Below are positions 30,769-40,773 of a stretch of 64,000 bases of DNA, piece after piece. This DNA comes from a virus. The translations under genes were made by a program, and so were the position numbers. Location: the IMG/VR virus record IMGVR_UViG_3300037485_001404, positions 11,235 to 75,234 of that record; one strand, 5' to 3'. Each line of letters begins with the position of its first letter. The stretch's first letter is position 1. The notes under the pieces are model-generated. The model was not told where the DNA came from. It worked only from the letters and a program-made list of their open reading frames with translations, and did no database searches.

Positions 30769-31275
30769 TTGATGAATATTAAGGGCTTTGACATCTTGGA
30801 TGCCATCGACATACAGGAAGACCCTTGTGAGTTCAAGCCCACAGATCGTCAGATCTCCTTCAAAATCAGACTGTTGAAAACAGTCTCTCCTGCTGTCCTA
30901 TCAAAACTGAGCGCGGATTCATTACATATCATAAAGACACAAGTAGCTCCATTCTCTATAGATCGAGTGAGAGAGTGGATAGAAGATAATCCATGTTTCT
31001 TAGAATGGTGTTTGCTTACAGATATATCTGAAGTTAAGCTATACAAAGCTAAACAAACAGCAATAGATACCATCATAGAAATTATGAGCCTATCGGAGAC
31101 AGATGAGAAGACTATGGCTCTACGACTAAAAGCTGCTGAAGCTATCCTTAAAACAGAGAAGGTAACTACAAAGACAGTAAATAATCTAAAGATGCCAATG
31201 TTAGGTGTTCCTAAGGACCTACAGAATAAACCTGTAGAAGCGTTACAAGCAGAACTAACACGGTTGCAAGGATGA
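30769..31275 (+). CDS. Putative terminase small subunit-like protein
   Basis: AIDTIIEIMS...MALRLKAAEAILK helical pattern seen in TerS-like proteins. Confidence 0.45.
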   Translation: MMNIKGFDILDAIDIQEDPCEFKPTDRQISFKIRLLKTVSPAVLSKLSADSLHIIKTQVAPFSIDRVREWIEDNPCFLEWCLLTDISEVKLYKAKQTAIDTIIEIMSLSETDEKTMALRLKAAEAILKTEKVTTKTVNNLKMPMLGVPKDLQNKPVEALQAELTRLQG

Positions 31276-31279
31276 ACCT

Positions 31280-31702
31280 ATGACTAATTACCAAACGATA
31301 CCTCTATTGAGGCGGGATACCGTACATGGAGGAACGTGTAGTCTCCGAGTGGTTACAGGACAAACGAAGGAAACTAGAGCGTTCGATATTACCAATGATG
31401 ATTCTATCGATGGATTATCGGTACACTACCAGGGATATAGATGGGGTGGAGCCATGACGGTCCAACTCCAGCATTCTATGAACGGCAACGGTTCTTTGTG
31501 GTACGACGTAGGACTTACACATGATCTAGGCACAGGTGGTGCAGATGAAACTACACCCGCAGATCTTGATGAGATTCACTGGTATGCCCCTCCATCAGGT
31601 AACTTCTTTCTCCCTAGCCTTAGAATTAAGATCTCCACGGCGGTAGTAGATACCGGAGTTGTTCTTGAAGATCTCTTCAGGACAGTTAGGGGGCTTAAAT
31701 GA
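31280..31702 (+). CDS. Putative virion protein
   Basis: TVQLQHSMNG...WYDV beta-sandwich motif common in phage structural proteins. Confidence 0.55.
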   Translation: MTNYQTIPLLRRDTVHGGTCSLRVVTGQTKETRAFDITNDDSIDGLSVHYQGYRWGGAMTVQLQHSMNGNGSLWYDVGLTHDLGTGGADETTPADLDEIHWYAPPSGNFFLPSLRIKISTAVVDTGVVLEDLFRTVRGLK

Positions 31703-32667
31703 GTGGACAATATCAACTCAGGGAAATCACAATCCCCAGTCAGTTACGTCTTGTCACCAATGCCGATCCTTTACTGCTTCCACTGGGAACTATTTCCGGT
31801 GTCGATGCTTCTACCCTTACTACCTCGGTTGTTGTAACCGCAGTAGCTAATATCCCAGCTCAGACCGCAGCTATGATGATCCAAGAATCATGGGATGGTG
31901 GTGTTACCTGGGATGATCTTTCAGGTCTGGACGCGGATACCATTAACGCTGTAGGTACTTTCAAGGTCAAATTTACCAACACTACAGGTATTTGTTCCCC
32001 TCAAATTAGGTTGAAGATCACTCCAACAGGGAATGGAACGCTGTATCTCACCAAGGTATACTGTACCACCAATCCGCATGGGCAGATTATTCCCCGTGAC
32101 TCCTTTACCGCTACAGGTGCTGGCACTACGGATTTCGGAGCTTCGGCTACTGCGTTGCGATGTGCTTCGCTGCTAGGTAATGTTAATGGCATTGCAGACT
32201 TTGGAGCGGGGGTAGCCACTGCTCAAACTCTTAGGGTGTATGATGCTGCCGCTGCTTCAGGAATTACAGTAAATCATACTGACCTATTAGCTATCCAAGC
32301 ACAGCTTACTACTATGCTGGGATACATCGATGGGCTTGAGACACTCGTAACTGATTTGAAAACCCAGGATAAACCAGAATACTCTTCTGCATTCGCTCCT
32401 GTTAGCGGGTTGTCTCTCGTATTGGTATCTAATGTCTGGCTCCAATTCATTGCCAGTACATCTGCAAAAGCAGTAAGATTCCAATATGTAAACGAATCAG
32501 GGTATGCTATTGAACTAGGCTTTGGGGCTGGTGGAGCGGAAGCGTCTAAGGTCGTACTAGCAGAAGCGGGAGATGTTGATCTTCTGATACCTGCAGGCAC
32601 CCGGCTCTCCCTTAGATGCGCCACTTCAAACACGCTCCCTGTATTCTGGTTTAGTGCATTTGTTTGA
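31699..32667 (+). CDS. Putative tail/virion protein
   Basis: IQESWDGGVTWDD motif, short coiled coil, beta C-terminus; precedes the tail fibre. Confidence 0.55.
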   Translation: MSGQYQLREITIPSQLRLVTNADPLLLPLGTISGVDASTLTTSVVVTAVANIPAQTAAMMIQESWDGGVTWDDLSGLDADTINAVGTFKVKFTNTTGICSPQIRLKITPTGNGTLYLTKVYCTTNPHGQIIPRDSFTATGAGTTDFGASATALRCASLLGNVNGIADFGAGVATAQTLRVYDAAAASGITVNHTDLLAIQAQLTTMLGYIDGLETLVTDLKTQDKPEYSSAFAPVSGLSLVLVSNVWLQFIASTSAKAVRFQYVNESGYAIELGFGAGGAEASKVVLAEAGDVDLLIPAGTRLSLRCATSNTLPVFWFSAFV

Positions 32668-32717
32668 CAAAGGATTAACTCATACTAGGTGAAAGCCTAC
32701 TTTCCAAGGAGGAAACT

Positions 32718-35207
32718 ATGAGTATAAAGAATTCAGGAACAACTCGACACGGACGACTAACAAAGATTCTGTCTGATGATGGAATCGAAATGAAGGACGC
32801 TGCACGGATCAGGTCAGGAGCCGTTGACCCTTCTGTCACTGCAGTAGACGCACCTGCTGCGTCACTCTATATGAGTTCTGCCACAGGCAAACTATACAGG
32901 AAATCTGACGCGGGACTGACTACAAACTGGCAGCTTCTGAACTTCAGCGAGTTCACGAATGACCCGACAGGATTCATTAACGAAGAGACAATTGTCGTCA
33001 CGTATGATGGACCAAACCGACAGTTCTCTCTGTACAACACAGCGACTCCAACGAAGATTGAGTTCCTGTTGCTTGGGAAATATTACACGTACCCTGCATC
33101 TGTCGGAGTTCCATGGATTGTCCCTACGGTCCTAGGGGGCGCAACACCTATCCAACACACAAATGCAGATGGTATCTATTACCTGCGTGTGAGTGGAGGA
33201 AAAGGTGGATACACTCTAGGGCAAGTGGTATTCGACATCGTTCCTCAGCTATTCACAGACCTTCAAATCGCTGTCGCTTTCAAAAATGCTACTGCACAAT
33301 TCGGTATGCGAGAATGCCATAACTTCATGCCTCACGAGGACCATGAAGAGTTCCACTACACGAATGGATGCTACCTTCGTGCCGCTGCTGTGCTGACAGG
33401 CTACACTCTCCCGTCTACAAACACAGCACAAAATATGATCGCTGTTGCACAGATCACAGTCTATGATGAAGATTTGTCAACGTCGATTCTCGCAACACCT
33501 GCAGCCGTGTGGAATGTGAACACCTACACTTCCGGTGCGTATACTATTGCGTACCATGCCGGTCCTGCAGGACTGATCAACTTCTATACCACAGCACAAG
33601 TGCCGTATATCTCGAATGCTGCAGCTCCTGCCACTGCAGACGCAACGCCTATCAACTACACGTCACTCGTCGCTGGAACAGGAACTCTGACGAATGTTGC
33701 GGAAGATAACTACGTCAATATCTTCACCCTAGCTCTTCCTGTCACCGCAGATGCCGAGTCACAGAAATTCCGGCGCATATTCTTCACAGGGCAGAGAACC
33801 TTCACGACTCTCGCCGCTGCACAGCTTGAAGTTCCGTCCCAAGTAGATTTTGGGCAGCTTAGAACTGCTCTGCCTGAGATGGTCGTGACCTCGATGATCT
33901 CGTACCGAAAGAATGCTCTGGGGGTAGGCGCTGTCGCATCAAGTATGGGTCAGTGCATGCTCGATGCCACGGCAACTCCTGTCGTGTTCACGGGAACAAG
34001 GGCTTCGCTCATTGGTGTGACTGGCGTGTCACCCTCGGACCATCAGTCCCTCTCCAATCGGAATGCCACAGGCGCGACTGTGGCTGATTGCACCCATCCG
34101 TCCTACGCTATCAGTACAGAAGGGGTTGCATGGACTGGTGGAGGCGTCCTGAGCGCCACAGAGCTTACGGTGCAATCGTCCCTCGATAAGCTGTCAAGCA
34201 CATTCGCCGGGACAGGAGCTGTCGGTCTTGTCAGCGCAGCGGCACAGAACTTCAGCGGGGCGAAAAGCTTCTTAGCCCTCGCCACTGCAGTACTCGGCCT
34301 AGCAGTGACAGGAGGTGTTGCTGCGGCTGGTACTCTGTCCCGAGCAACGACTATCTGGAACCTTGGAAACGCACTCACAATCAATGAGACAGGATGTGTC
34401 ATTGACAGAGTAGCTGGCGGGGATATTGCAATTGGTGGTGTTGCTGCTGTCGCAACATCCATTACGCTTGGAAAAGCCAGCGCCACAACATGCACAACTT
34501 CGGTTGTCGATACGACAGAAGCGACGGTCGGCGGCTTAGGTGCGCTGAAGGTTTCGGGTGGTATCTATGTTACCAAAGCATTGTTTGGTGGCAGCACAGC
34601 CACATTCGCGACGAGTGTGAGTGCACCACATCTTATTTGTCCCACTGGCGGAACAGCAGCTACCACAAAAATCACGCTGTCTGGCACGACTTGGCAGTTT
34701 GGACTTGATACCACTGTGAAGAGTTCCATTACCGAAGCAGGCGCGGCGGTGTTTGCGACGAGCATAACAAGTCCAATTCATTCTCTTAATTCAGACTCTA
34801 TAAACGCAGGACTACGCTTCAACGACGCGGCTGGGACAACGGCGCGGTGGTGGCTAGGGAACAGACAAGCAGACAATTATTTCTACGTGCTGGCAGCAGG
34901 CGCAACCGACGTGATGAATTGCTCACCAACAGGCGCGTGGACGTTTCCGGTGTCGGCCACCATTGGCACTGCCAGTGGAACTGAAGCACAGACAATTCAC
35001 GGGTATGTACAAATTGCTGGCCATGCTGCAGGTAAAGTTGGTTTCTTCGGAACAGCGGCTGCAGTTCAAGCAACGGTAGCAGATGCGGCAGTATCGTTCA
35101 GAAGTGACACATTAGGAAATCTCGCAACAGATTGTGGATCACTGCAAACCGCAGTAAACGTGTTAATAGATGCATTACAAGCATACGGGTTCGTGAAAGC
35201 AGCGTAA
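32718..35207 (+). CDS. Tail fibre / receptor-binding protein
   Basis: 829 aa, Thr/Ala/Gly-rich; GALKVSGGIYV and AQNFSGAKSF fibre motifs; C-terminal GKVGFFG...VNVLIDALQAYG. Confidence 0.8.
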   Translation: MSIKNSGTTRHGRLTKILSDDGIEMKDAARIRSGAVDPSVTAVDAPAASLYMSSATGKLYRKSDAGLTTNWQLLNFSEFTNDPTGFINEETIVVTYDGPNRQFSLYNTATPTKIEFLLLGKYYTYPASVGVPWIVPTVLGGATPIQHTNADGIYYLRVSGGKGGYTLGQVVFDIVPQLFTDLQIAVAFKNATAQFGMRECHNFMPHEDHEEFHYTNGCYLRAAAVLTGYTLPSTNTAQNMIAVAQITVYDEDLSTSILATPAAVWNVNTYTSGAYTIAYHAGPAGLINFYTTAQVPYISNAAAPATADATPINYTSLVAGTGTLTNVAEDNYVNIFTLALPVTADAESQKFRRIFFTGQRTFTTLAAAQLEVPSQVDFGQLRTALPEMVVTSMISYRKNALGVGAVASSMGQCMLDATATPVVFTGTRASLIGVTGVSPSDHQSLSNRNATGATVADCTHPSYAISTEGVAWTGGGVLSATELTVQSSLDKLSSTFAGTGAVGLVSAAAQNFSGAKSFLALATAVLGLAVTGGVAAAGTLSRATTIWNLGNALTINETGCVIDRVAGGDIAIGGVAAVATSITLGKASATTCTTSVVDTTEATVGGLGALKVSGGIYVTKALFGGSTATFATSVSAPHLICPTGGTAATTKITLSGTTWQFGLDTTVKSSITEAGAAVFATSITSPIHSLNSDSINAGLRFNDAAGTTARWWLGNRQADNYFYVLAAGATDVMNCSPTGAWTFPVSATIGTASGTEAQTIHGYVQIAGHAAGKVGFFGTAAAVQATVADAAVSFRSDTLGNLATDCGSLQTAVNVLIDALQAYGFVKAA

Positions 35208-35221
35208 CAAGGAGAGACAGT

Positions 35222-35560
35222 ATGAAGTTTAATTTGAATGTGGAAATCATAGGGATCAACGGAAAACCAATGACGAAAGAGGTTGGAGGTAAGGAAAACG
35301 ACACCTTTCTCAATATCTGCAAAAGCGTAGTTTCATCTGTTCACCCAGATGACCCTAAGAACCTTGAGCATCTTAATAAGTCGATGAAGATTTATGAAAA
35401 GCTCGAAGCAGCAGTTGACGGTGAGGTAGAGTTCAAGAAAGAGTCTATGGTGTGGATTAGGGACAGAATGCAGAAGTTCCAACTAAATAACCTTGTCATC
35501 TTTAAGTTCACAAAGCTTTTCGATGAACCGTTGACGCAGGGCCAATTAGACGAGGTTTAA
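35222..35560 (+). CDS. Hypothetical protein (possible fibre chaperone)
   Basis: ATG 35222 after AAGGAG, directly after the fibre gene. Confidence 0.55.
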   Translation: MKFNLNVEIIGINGKPMTKEVGGKENDTFLNICKSVVSSVHPDDPKNLEHLNKSMKIYEKLEAAVDGEVEFKKESMVWIRDRMQKFQLNNLVIFKFTKLFDEPLTQGQLDEV

Positions 35561-35563
35561 GCT

Positions 35564-35791
35564 ATGGCGAAAAGTAATTTGACAGATGCGGAAAAAGCTG
35601 AATTTACCTTGTGTAGTACCTCTTACCTTCATGAGCAACTAGGTCAGATTTTCCCTAATTGGGCATCTGATATGGAGCGAATGATGCACGAATGGGTCGA
35701 TGCAGGAACACTGTCGGCAGCGAGTAAGGCAAAGATTAAGACTGAGATTACTGCTGACAGTATAGCTTACAAGGCGAAAGGAAAGAAGTAA
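35564..35791 (+). CDS. Hypothetical protein
   Basis: 75 aa, GAGG RBS. Confidence 0.6.
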   Translation: MAKSNLTDAEKAEFTLCSTSYLHEQLGQIFPNWASDMERMMHEWVDAGTLSAASKAKIKTEITADSIAYKAKGKK

Positions 35792-36375
35792 TGCATCTCG
35801 GTGAAAGATTCTATACTGATTCTGAATTGAAAGACTTCGGTTTCAAAAGCCTCGGAAGAAATGTTCGGATCAAAAGAAATGCTGGGATCTATTTCACCGA
35901 GAATATCTCTATCGGAGACAACGTAAGAGTCGATGACTTCACTGTCATCGTAGCAAGTAAAGAACCTGTAGTGATAGGAAGCCATGTCCATATAGCCAGT
36001 CTTTGCTATATTGCAGGTAGTGACGGTTTCGTTATGGAAGATTTCTCTGGGTTTTCTCCCGGTGTACTAGCCTTCACTGGAAGTGATGACTATACCGGGG
36101 GGAAACTCACCAATCCTACTATTCCACACCAGTATGCTGGAGGACCTGCAGGTAAAATAATCCTCGGTAGACACGTTATCATTGGAGCTGGTACTATCCT
36201 TCTGCCTAAAACTTCATTAGGGGAAGGATGTTCTGTAGGAGCAGCTTCCTTAGTTAAGTCTGGGGATTATCCTCCTTGGGGTATCTATGTGGGATCTCCT
36301 GCTAGATGGCTTAAACAAAGGAAGAAAGACCTACTTACACTAGAAAAGAAGTTCTTGGAGGAATGGAATCAATGA
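35791..36375 (+). CDS. Left-handed beta-helix sugar O-acetyltransferase
   Basis: Hexapeptide repeats (SLGRNVRI, ISIGDNVRVDDF, IILGRHVIIGAG), GSDDY and WGIYVGSPAR. Confidence 0.9.
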   Translation: MHLGERFYTDSELKDFGFKSLGRNVRIKRNAGIYFTENISIGDNVRVDDFTVIVASKEPVVIGSHVHIASLCYIAGSDGFVMEDFSGFSPGVLAFTGSDDYTGGKLTNPTIPHQYAGGPAGKIILGRHVIIGAGTILLPKTSLGEGCSVGAASLVKSGDYPPWGIYVGSPARWLKQRKKDLLTLEKKFLEEWNQ

Positions 36376-37031
36376 TAGTAGATGTAGTAATGCTTGCGGA
36401 TTCTAAATCTCCATCTTTGATACAGATGACTCAGAATGCTATTGACACGCTTCATGCCAGTGAGACTGATCATCAGTTCAATGTAATTCTAGTAGAGTCT
36501 AATCCGCATTTCAAGGGCTATGAAAATGCTCACAACATACATCCAGACTTTAAGTTCAACTATCACGGATATATGAAATATGGGTTGCAGCACATCTCTC
36601 AACAGTTCTCTGATTTCATCTGTCTAGCAAACAACGATCTAATATTCCATAACCGATGGTTCTCTAAAATTCTAGAAGCTAGTGAAGCATTACCCGCTGT
36701 CCAATCATTCTCTTCTTTCAGTCCAAATGACCCGTGGCCGCATGAATCTGGTTGGTTTCTAGGATATGGAGTTGGTGGAGTCGTTACAGGCTGGTTCCTT
36801 ACTATGAAAAGAGAGATTCTAGATATCATCGACCTCTCAGAAGATGTTTCCTTCTGGTGTTCTGATAATATCTACAACGATGAACTGATTAAGCATAAAA
36901 TTCTACACGCTCTTGTTAGAGATAGCCACGTTACACACTTGGGAGGGTCTACTCTTTTCACCCTATCCTCAGCGGATATCGGAAGACTCACTGCCGGACA
37001 GGTTGAAGCCTACAATAAGAGGATTAAATGA
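36372..37031 (+). CDS. GT-A (GT2-like) glycosyltransferase
   Basis: VILVESN, FNYH, LANNDLIF (DxD equivalent), FWCSDN, VTHLGG. Confidence 0.8.
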   Translation: MIVDVVMLADSKSPSLIQMTQNAIDTLHASETDHQFNVILVESNPHFKGYENAHNIHPDFKFNYHGYMKYGLQHISQQFSDFICLANNDLIFHNRWFSKILEASEALPAVQSFSSFSPNDPWPHESGWFLGYGVGGVVTGWFLTMKREILDIIDLSEDVSFWCSDNIYNDELIKHKILHALVRDSHVTHLGGSTLFTLSSADIGRLTAGQVEAYNKRIK

Positions 37032-37771
37032 AAATACACATCGTATCTCCTCCATATCACTCTTCGTCAGGGGGAATTAAGGTTCTTCACTATTTAGGAT
37101 ATCTTGCCAATTGGCTAGGACATTCGGTTGATATGCGTACCCTAGGCATGAATCCAGACTGGGGGCCTTATCATAAGACTGTCATAAACCCAGATATCTA
37201 CATTCACCCCGAGATAAACCCTGCTACTACCCCAGAAGATGGAAATATTGTCAGATGGGCACTGTATTATCCAGGGAGAATAGCTGGGCCAGTGCCTTAC
37301 CCGGAACATGAACTGGTTTACAGCTTCCACACCAAATACTTGGAAGAAACACAGAAAGCATCCCCTCACAGGCCAGTAAAAGTATTTTGCTTGTCAGCAG
37401 TAGAGCTTCCGGGGTTTACATTTCCCGTAGAACGTACAAATTTGACTTGTTTCTGGGAAGGTAAGGGAGATAGAACAGGCACACCTACTGAAACTCAAGC
37501 AAATGAGATAACAAGAGGCTGGCCTGCTCCACGATCTGAGCTTATTAAGTTTTTTAAGCAGTGTAAGACTCTATATTCTTGCGATCCATGCTCAGCTATC
37601 AACGATGAAGCTATAATGTGTGGGTGTAAAGTAATGCTGTGGGACGGTAAGCAATATAATCCCTACACTGAAGCTGATCCCGAACTGGTGCCTATGGAGA
37701 TGACTCGGGATTTGAAAAAAGTTGAGCTTTTCCTTAATGAAGTCGCCAAACATTTTTGGATTAAAGAATGA
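37028..37771 (+). CDS. WavQ-like / GT-B glycosyltransferase-like protein
   Basis: PPYHSSSGGIKVLHYL, IHPEI...NIVRWALY, YSCDPCSAINDEAIMCGC. Confidence 0.65.
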   Translation: MKIHIVSPPYHSSSGGIKVLHYLGYLANWLGHSVDMRTLGMNPDWGPYHKTVINPDIYIHPEINPATTPEDGNIVRWALYYPGRIAGPVPYPEHELVYSFHTKYLEETQKASPHRPVKVFCLSAVELPGFTFPVERTNLTCFWEGKGDRTGTPTETQANEITRGWPAPRSELIKFFKQCKTLYSCDPCSAINDEAIMCGCKVMLWDGKQYNPYTEADPELVPMEMTRDLKKVELFLNEVAKHFWIKE

Positions 37772-38502
37772 AAATAGGAATAGGTATCACGACAAGAAAT
37801 AGACCAGAACTTTTAGCCTATGCTTTGAAGCATTTCTTAACTTTCCCTACCTTCCATAAGTCAATTATCGTAGTTTCGGACGATGATTCAGATGAAGCAC
37901 CGAAGATACCAGAAGAAGTACACCTTCTTACCTCGAATACTAGGCTTGGAATAGCTAAGAATAAGAATAAATGCGTAGATTACCTTAGATCTCAGGGTGT
38001 AGACCACTATTTCTTGTTCGACGATGACTGTTTTCCTATCAAATATGCCTGGGATTTACCATTTATAGCTCTTTCAGCTACAGATAACATCCACCATAGC
38101 CTATACCTGGTAGCTGCTGGTGAGGTTTCTGTGAAGGAGACCCATGAACACTATCTTTCTTACTACAATTGTGGTGGATACTGTCTATTCTTCACGAAAC
38201 ATGCCATGGATCTACTGCAAGGAATGAATCCTGAGTTCGGAATCTATGGTTTCGAGCATTCTGAACTGTCTAAACGTGCTTTCGATAAAGGTTTGACAGG
38301 GTTGAACCAGTTCAATGCTCCTATTAGAGCATCCGAATACCTATTTTCTCTCGATATGGATTCCGGTTGGCTTCACAAAGAGTCGCCTTTGGGTCCTTTC
38401 ACAGGGGTTTTCACCTCTTCTGTTGAAAGAGAACGGCCTCTAATTGCTGGATATATCGAAGAAAATAGGAAGGTGTATGAAAAAATTGTCCTAGGGAAAT
38501 AA
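37768..38502 (+). CDS. GT2-family glycosyltransferase
   Basis: IGITTRNR, VSDDDS, LGIAKNKN, FLFDDDC, FGIYGFEH. Confidence 0.85.
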   Translation: MKIGIGITTRNRPELLAYALKHFLTFPTFHKSIIVVSDDDSDEAPKIPEEVHLLTSNTRLGIAKNKNKCVDYLRSQGVDHYFLFDDDCFPIKYAWDLPFIALSATDNIHHSLYLVAAGEVSVKETHEHYLSYYNCGGYCLFFTKHAMDLLQGMNPEFGIYGFEHSELSKRAFDKGLTGLNQFNAPIRASEYLFSLDMDSGWLHKESPLGPFTGVFTSSVERERPLIAGYIEENRKVYEKIVLGK

Positions 38503-38534
38503 TTGTGTTAACGTCTTGCTCACGGAGAGAGCTT

Positions 38535-38780
38535 ATGATATTCAACCTGTTCGCGCTGTTAAGTAATAACATCAAGAGCATACCCCTGTTGATTCTTATG
38601 GGCCTAATGGCTTGGATGGCGAGCACCCTATCTGATGTGGAGGAAGGTATCGCAGGGATGAAAACAGAAATAGCTGTAATGAATGAGAGTCTTAGATTGC
38701 ATATGGTTTATACCTACCCTAATACGGGTGTTCCTGCCTTCGTTCTACCTCCTAGCCTTCAGAAAAAGGAAATACATTGA
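38535..38780 (+). CDS. Putative holin
   Basis: One TM segment (IPLLILMGLMAWMA) plus coiled coil; upstream of the endolysin; ATG 38535 after GGAGAG. Confidence 0.5.
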   Translation: MIFNLFALLSNNIKSIPLLILMGLMAWMASTLSDVEEGIAGMKTEIAVMNESLRLHMVYTYPNTGVPAFVLPPSLQKKEIH

Positions 38781-39415
38781 ACCATACCTTAGGTAAATAC
38801 ATTTTTGACAGAATAAATAAACTGTTTATCCTAGATATCGTTGTCAAGAATGGAAAAACCTATTTTCAATGCTCCTGCGATTGCGGTATCCTCTGCGAAA
38901 AAGATGTCTATAAAGTCCTGTCGGGTCACACTAAATCTTGTGGCTGTAATCTGGTCAATAGGGACTACCAAAAAAGACATGGGGGGCACAAATCTTCAGA
39001 ATACGGCACCTGGGAAGCAATGAAAGCCAGATGCAACAATCCTAAAAATAAGAAATACAGGCTGTATGGAGGAAGAGGAATAAAGGTTTGCGATAGGTGG
39101 AATGATTTTGTAAATTTCTACGAGGATATGGGCCTCCGCCCGGAAGGGTTAACTCTGGAGAGGATAGACAGTGACGGAAATTACTGCCCTGATAACTGTA
39201 AATGGGCTACTTATTCAGAGCAGAATAGAAATACAACTCAAAATCACTACCTAACTCTTGGAGAAACTACTTTAACTATCGTTGGGTGGGCCGAGAGATT
39301 GGGATGGGATCCCGCAGTAATCCACGCTAGATTAAAATATGGCTGGTCCATAGAGGATACTTTAACAATACCGAAAAGGAATAGGAGTCCCAATGGTACA
39401 AGAGAAGCCTTCTGA
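38777..39415 (+). CDS. HNH-type homing endonuclease-like protein
   Basis: CSCDCG, SCGC, WEAMKARC, YGGRGIKVCDRW, TLERIDSDGNYCPDNCKWAT; same family as 6198-6905. Confidence 0.9.
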   Translation: MNHTLGKYIFDRINKLFILDIVVKNGKTYFQCSCDCGILCEKDVYKVLSGHTKSCGCNLVNRDYQKRHGGHKSSEYGTWEAMKARCNNPKNKKYRLYGGRGIKVCDRWNDFVNFYEDMGLRPEGLTLERIDSDGNYCPDNCKWATYSEQNRNTTQNHYLTLGETTLTIVGWAERLGWDPAVIHARLKYGWSIEDTLTIPKRNRSPNGTREAF

Positions 39416-40610
39416 TAAGTTTTTGAAATTTGTATCCGCAGTTAAGGCCGAATCAATTGAGTTTCCTGAACTGAAACCGTATCTGGTAGCCCAAGCCATT
39501 CTTGAATGTGGCAGGGGTATTACAGAGTTGTTCGACCAATACAATAACCCTTTCGGAATGCACTACCATGATTTCCTGGCACCTTACGGTATCGGCGTTC
39601 AATATGTGGCCTGCGACGGACCTGGGCTTTATACCAAGTTTGATAATTATTCATCCGCTATTAAGGGTTTCTACAAGTGGTTCGATGCCTGGGCACACTA
39701 TGGCGACTGGAGAACCGAGGCACGCAAAGGCGGGCTTGCTTTTCTGAAGCACATCGGACCTTTCTACTGCCCTCCCGGATTCACTGAATCCTGGAAAACT
39801 GCACATGGAGGTCTTGACTATGCGGACTATATCGTTAACAACCTGCTGGTAGAAGCTAAGGTTTTGTTGAATGATGCGACAGCAACCCCCGATAAACCCA
39901 CCCCAAAACCAGTACCGAAGGATTTTACCTATCTTTCTGCAGATACTGCTGAAGCAAAGAACTTGGTCAATGCTTTGGTGTCTAATTTTCCAAAAGAGTT
40001 TAGCTTTAAGCTGTATAAACCACCTACGGATACTCCAGTAGAGCCACCAAAACCCCCAAACCCGCCAACAACTGCCGGGAAAAAGATACTTCTGAACCCA
40101 GGACACAGTGCTTCTTCCCCTGGCGCGGATGGACTGTCATCTAGCGTCCATGAAGAGGTGCAAAATCTCCTTGCCGCAAATATTATGGCCTCAGATCTCA
40201 GAGCTGCAGGGCATACTGTAGATATCTTTAGGTCAGAGAGCAATGATCTTCAAGCTGTGGGAGACAAAGCTAAGGGGTATGATGCTGCATACTCTCTCCA
40301 TCACAATGCTTTTGACAAGAAAGAGCATTACGTCTGGATATTCGGCCCGAGTGGAGAAGCTAACCAAGCATCTAAAGATCTTGGAGCCAAGATTACTGCA
40401 GCAATTGGAAAAGCTCTTAATCTTGCAGATAATGGGATGGAAAAGTCGGGATATACTGTCCCCAATCTGTTCGCGAAGAATTGCAAAGGCCCATCTGGTC
40501 TTATTGAATTCTATTTCATTGATGCATATGGGGATCTTAATGTTGTTAATGATAGAACAACTAAAGCGGCACATGCAATGGCTGGAGCAATGATTAAATA
40601 CTTCGGGTGA
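39393..40610 (+). CDS. Endolysin: N-terminal GH73/glucosaminidase-like domain plus C-terminal Amidase_3 domain
   Basis: VAQAILECGRG...NNPFGM; ILLNPGH...E...SLHHNA...LIEFYFID; Pro/Lys/Thr linker. Confidence 0.85.
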   Translation: MVQEKPSDKFLKFVSAVKAESIEFPELKPYLVAQAILECGRGITELFDQYNNPFGMHYHDFLAPYGIGVQYVACDGPGLYTKFDNYSSAIKGFYKWFDAWAHYGDWRTEARKGGLAFLKHIGPFYCPPGFTESWKTAHGGLDYADYIVNNLLVEAKVLLNDATATPDKPTPKPVPKDFTYLSADTAEAKNLVNALVSNFPKEFSFKLYKPPTDTPVEPPKPPNPPTTAGKKILLNPGHSASSPGADGLSSSVHEEVQNLLAANIMASDLRAAGHTVDIFRSESNDLQAVGDKAKGYDAAYSLHHNAFDKKEHYVWIFGPSGEANQASKDLGAKITAAIGKALNLADNGMEKSGYTVPNLFAKNCKGPSGLIEFYFIDAYGDLNVVNDRTTKAAHAMAGAMIKYFG

Positions 40611-40613
40611 TGT

Positions 40614-40772
40614 ATGAAAAAAGAATCAATGATTGAAGAACACCGGAGATTAGTGAGAATTCTTACTACTGGAACTAAAGCTGAGCAATTGAAAGAAGCT
40701 AAAGGCCAGAAGGAAGAACTCAAAGAGATGATCAAACCTAAAATTCGAGAGAAACTATCAAGGAAAGGGTAG
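40614..40772 (+). CDS. Small hypothetical protein (52 aa, below track cutoff)
   Basis: MKKESMIEEHRRLVRILTTG...; fills the gap between endolysin and the GT gene. Confidence 0.55.
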   Translation: MKKESMIEEHRRLVRILTTGTKAEQLKEAKGQKEELKEMIKPKIREKLSRKG

Positions 40773-40773
40773 T

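Noticed and set aside
32718-35207. Diversity-generating retroelement acting on the tail fibre
   Set aside because: No reverse transcriptase and no template-repeat copy of the fibre 3' end seen.
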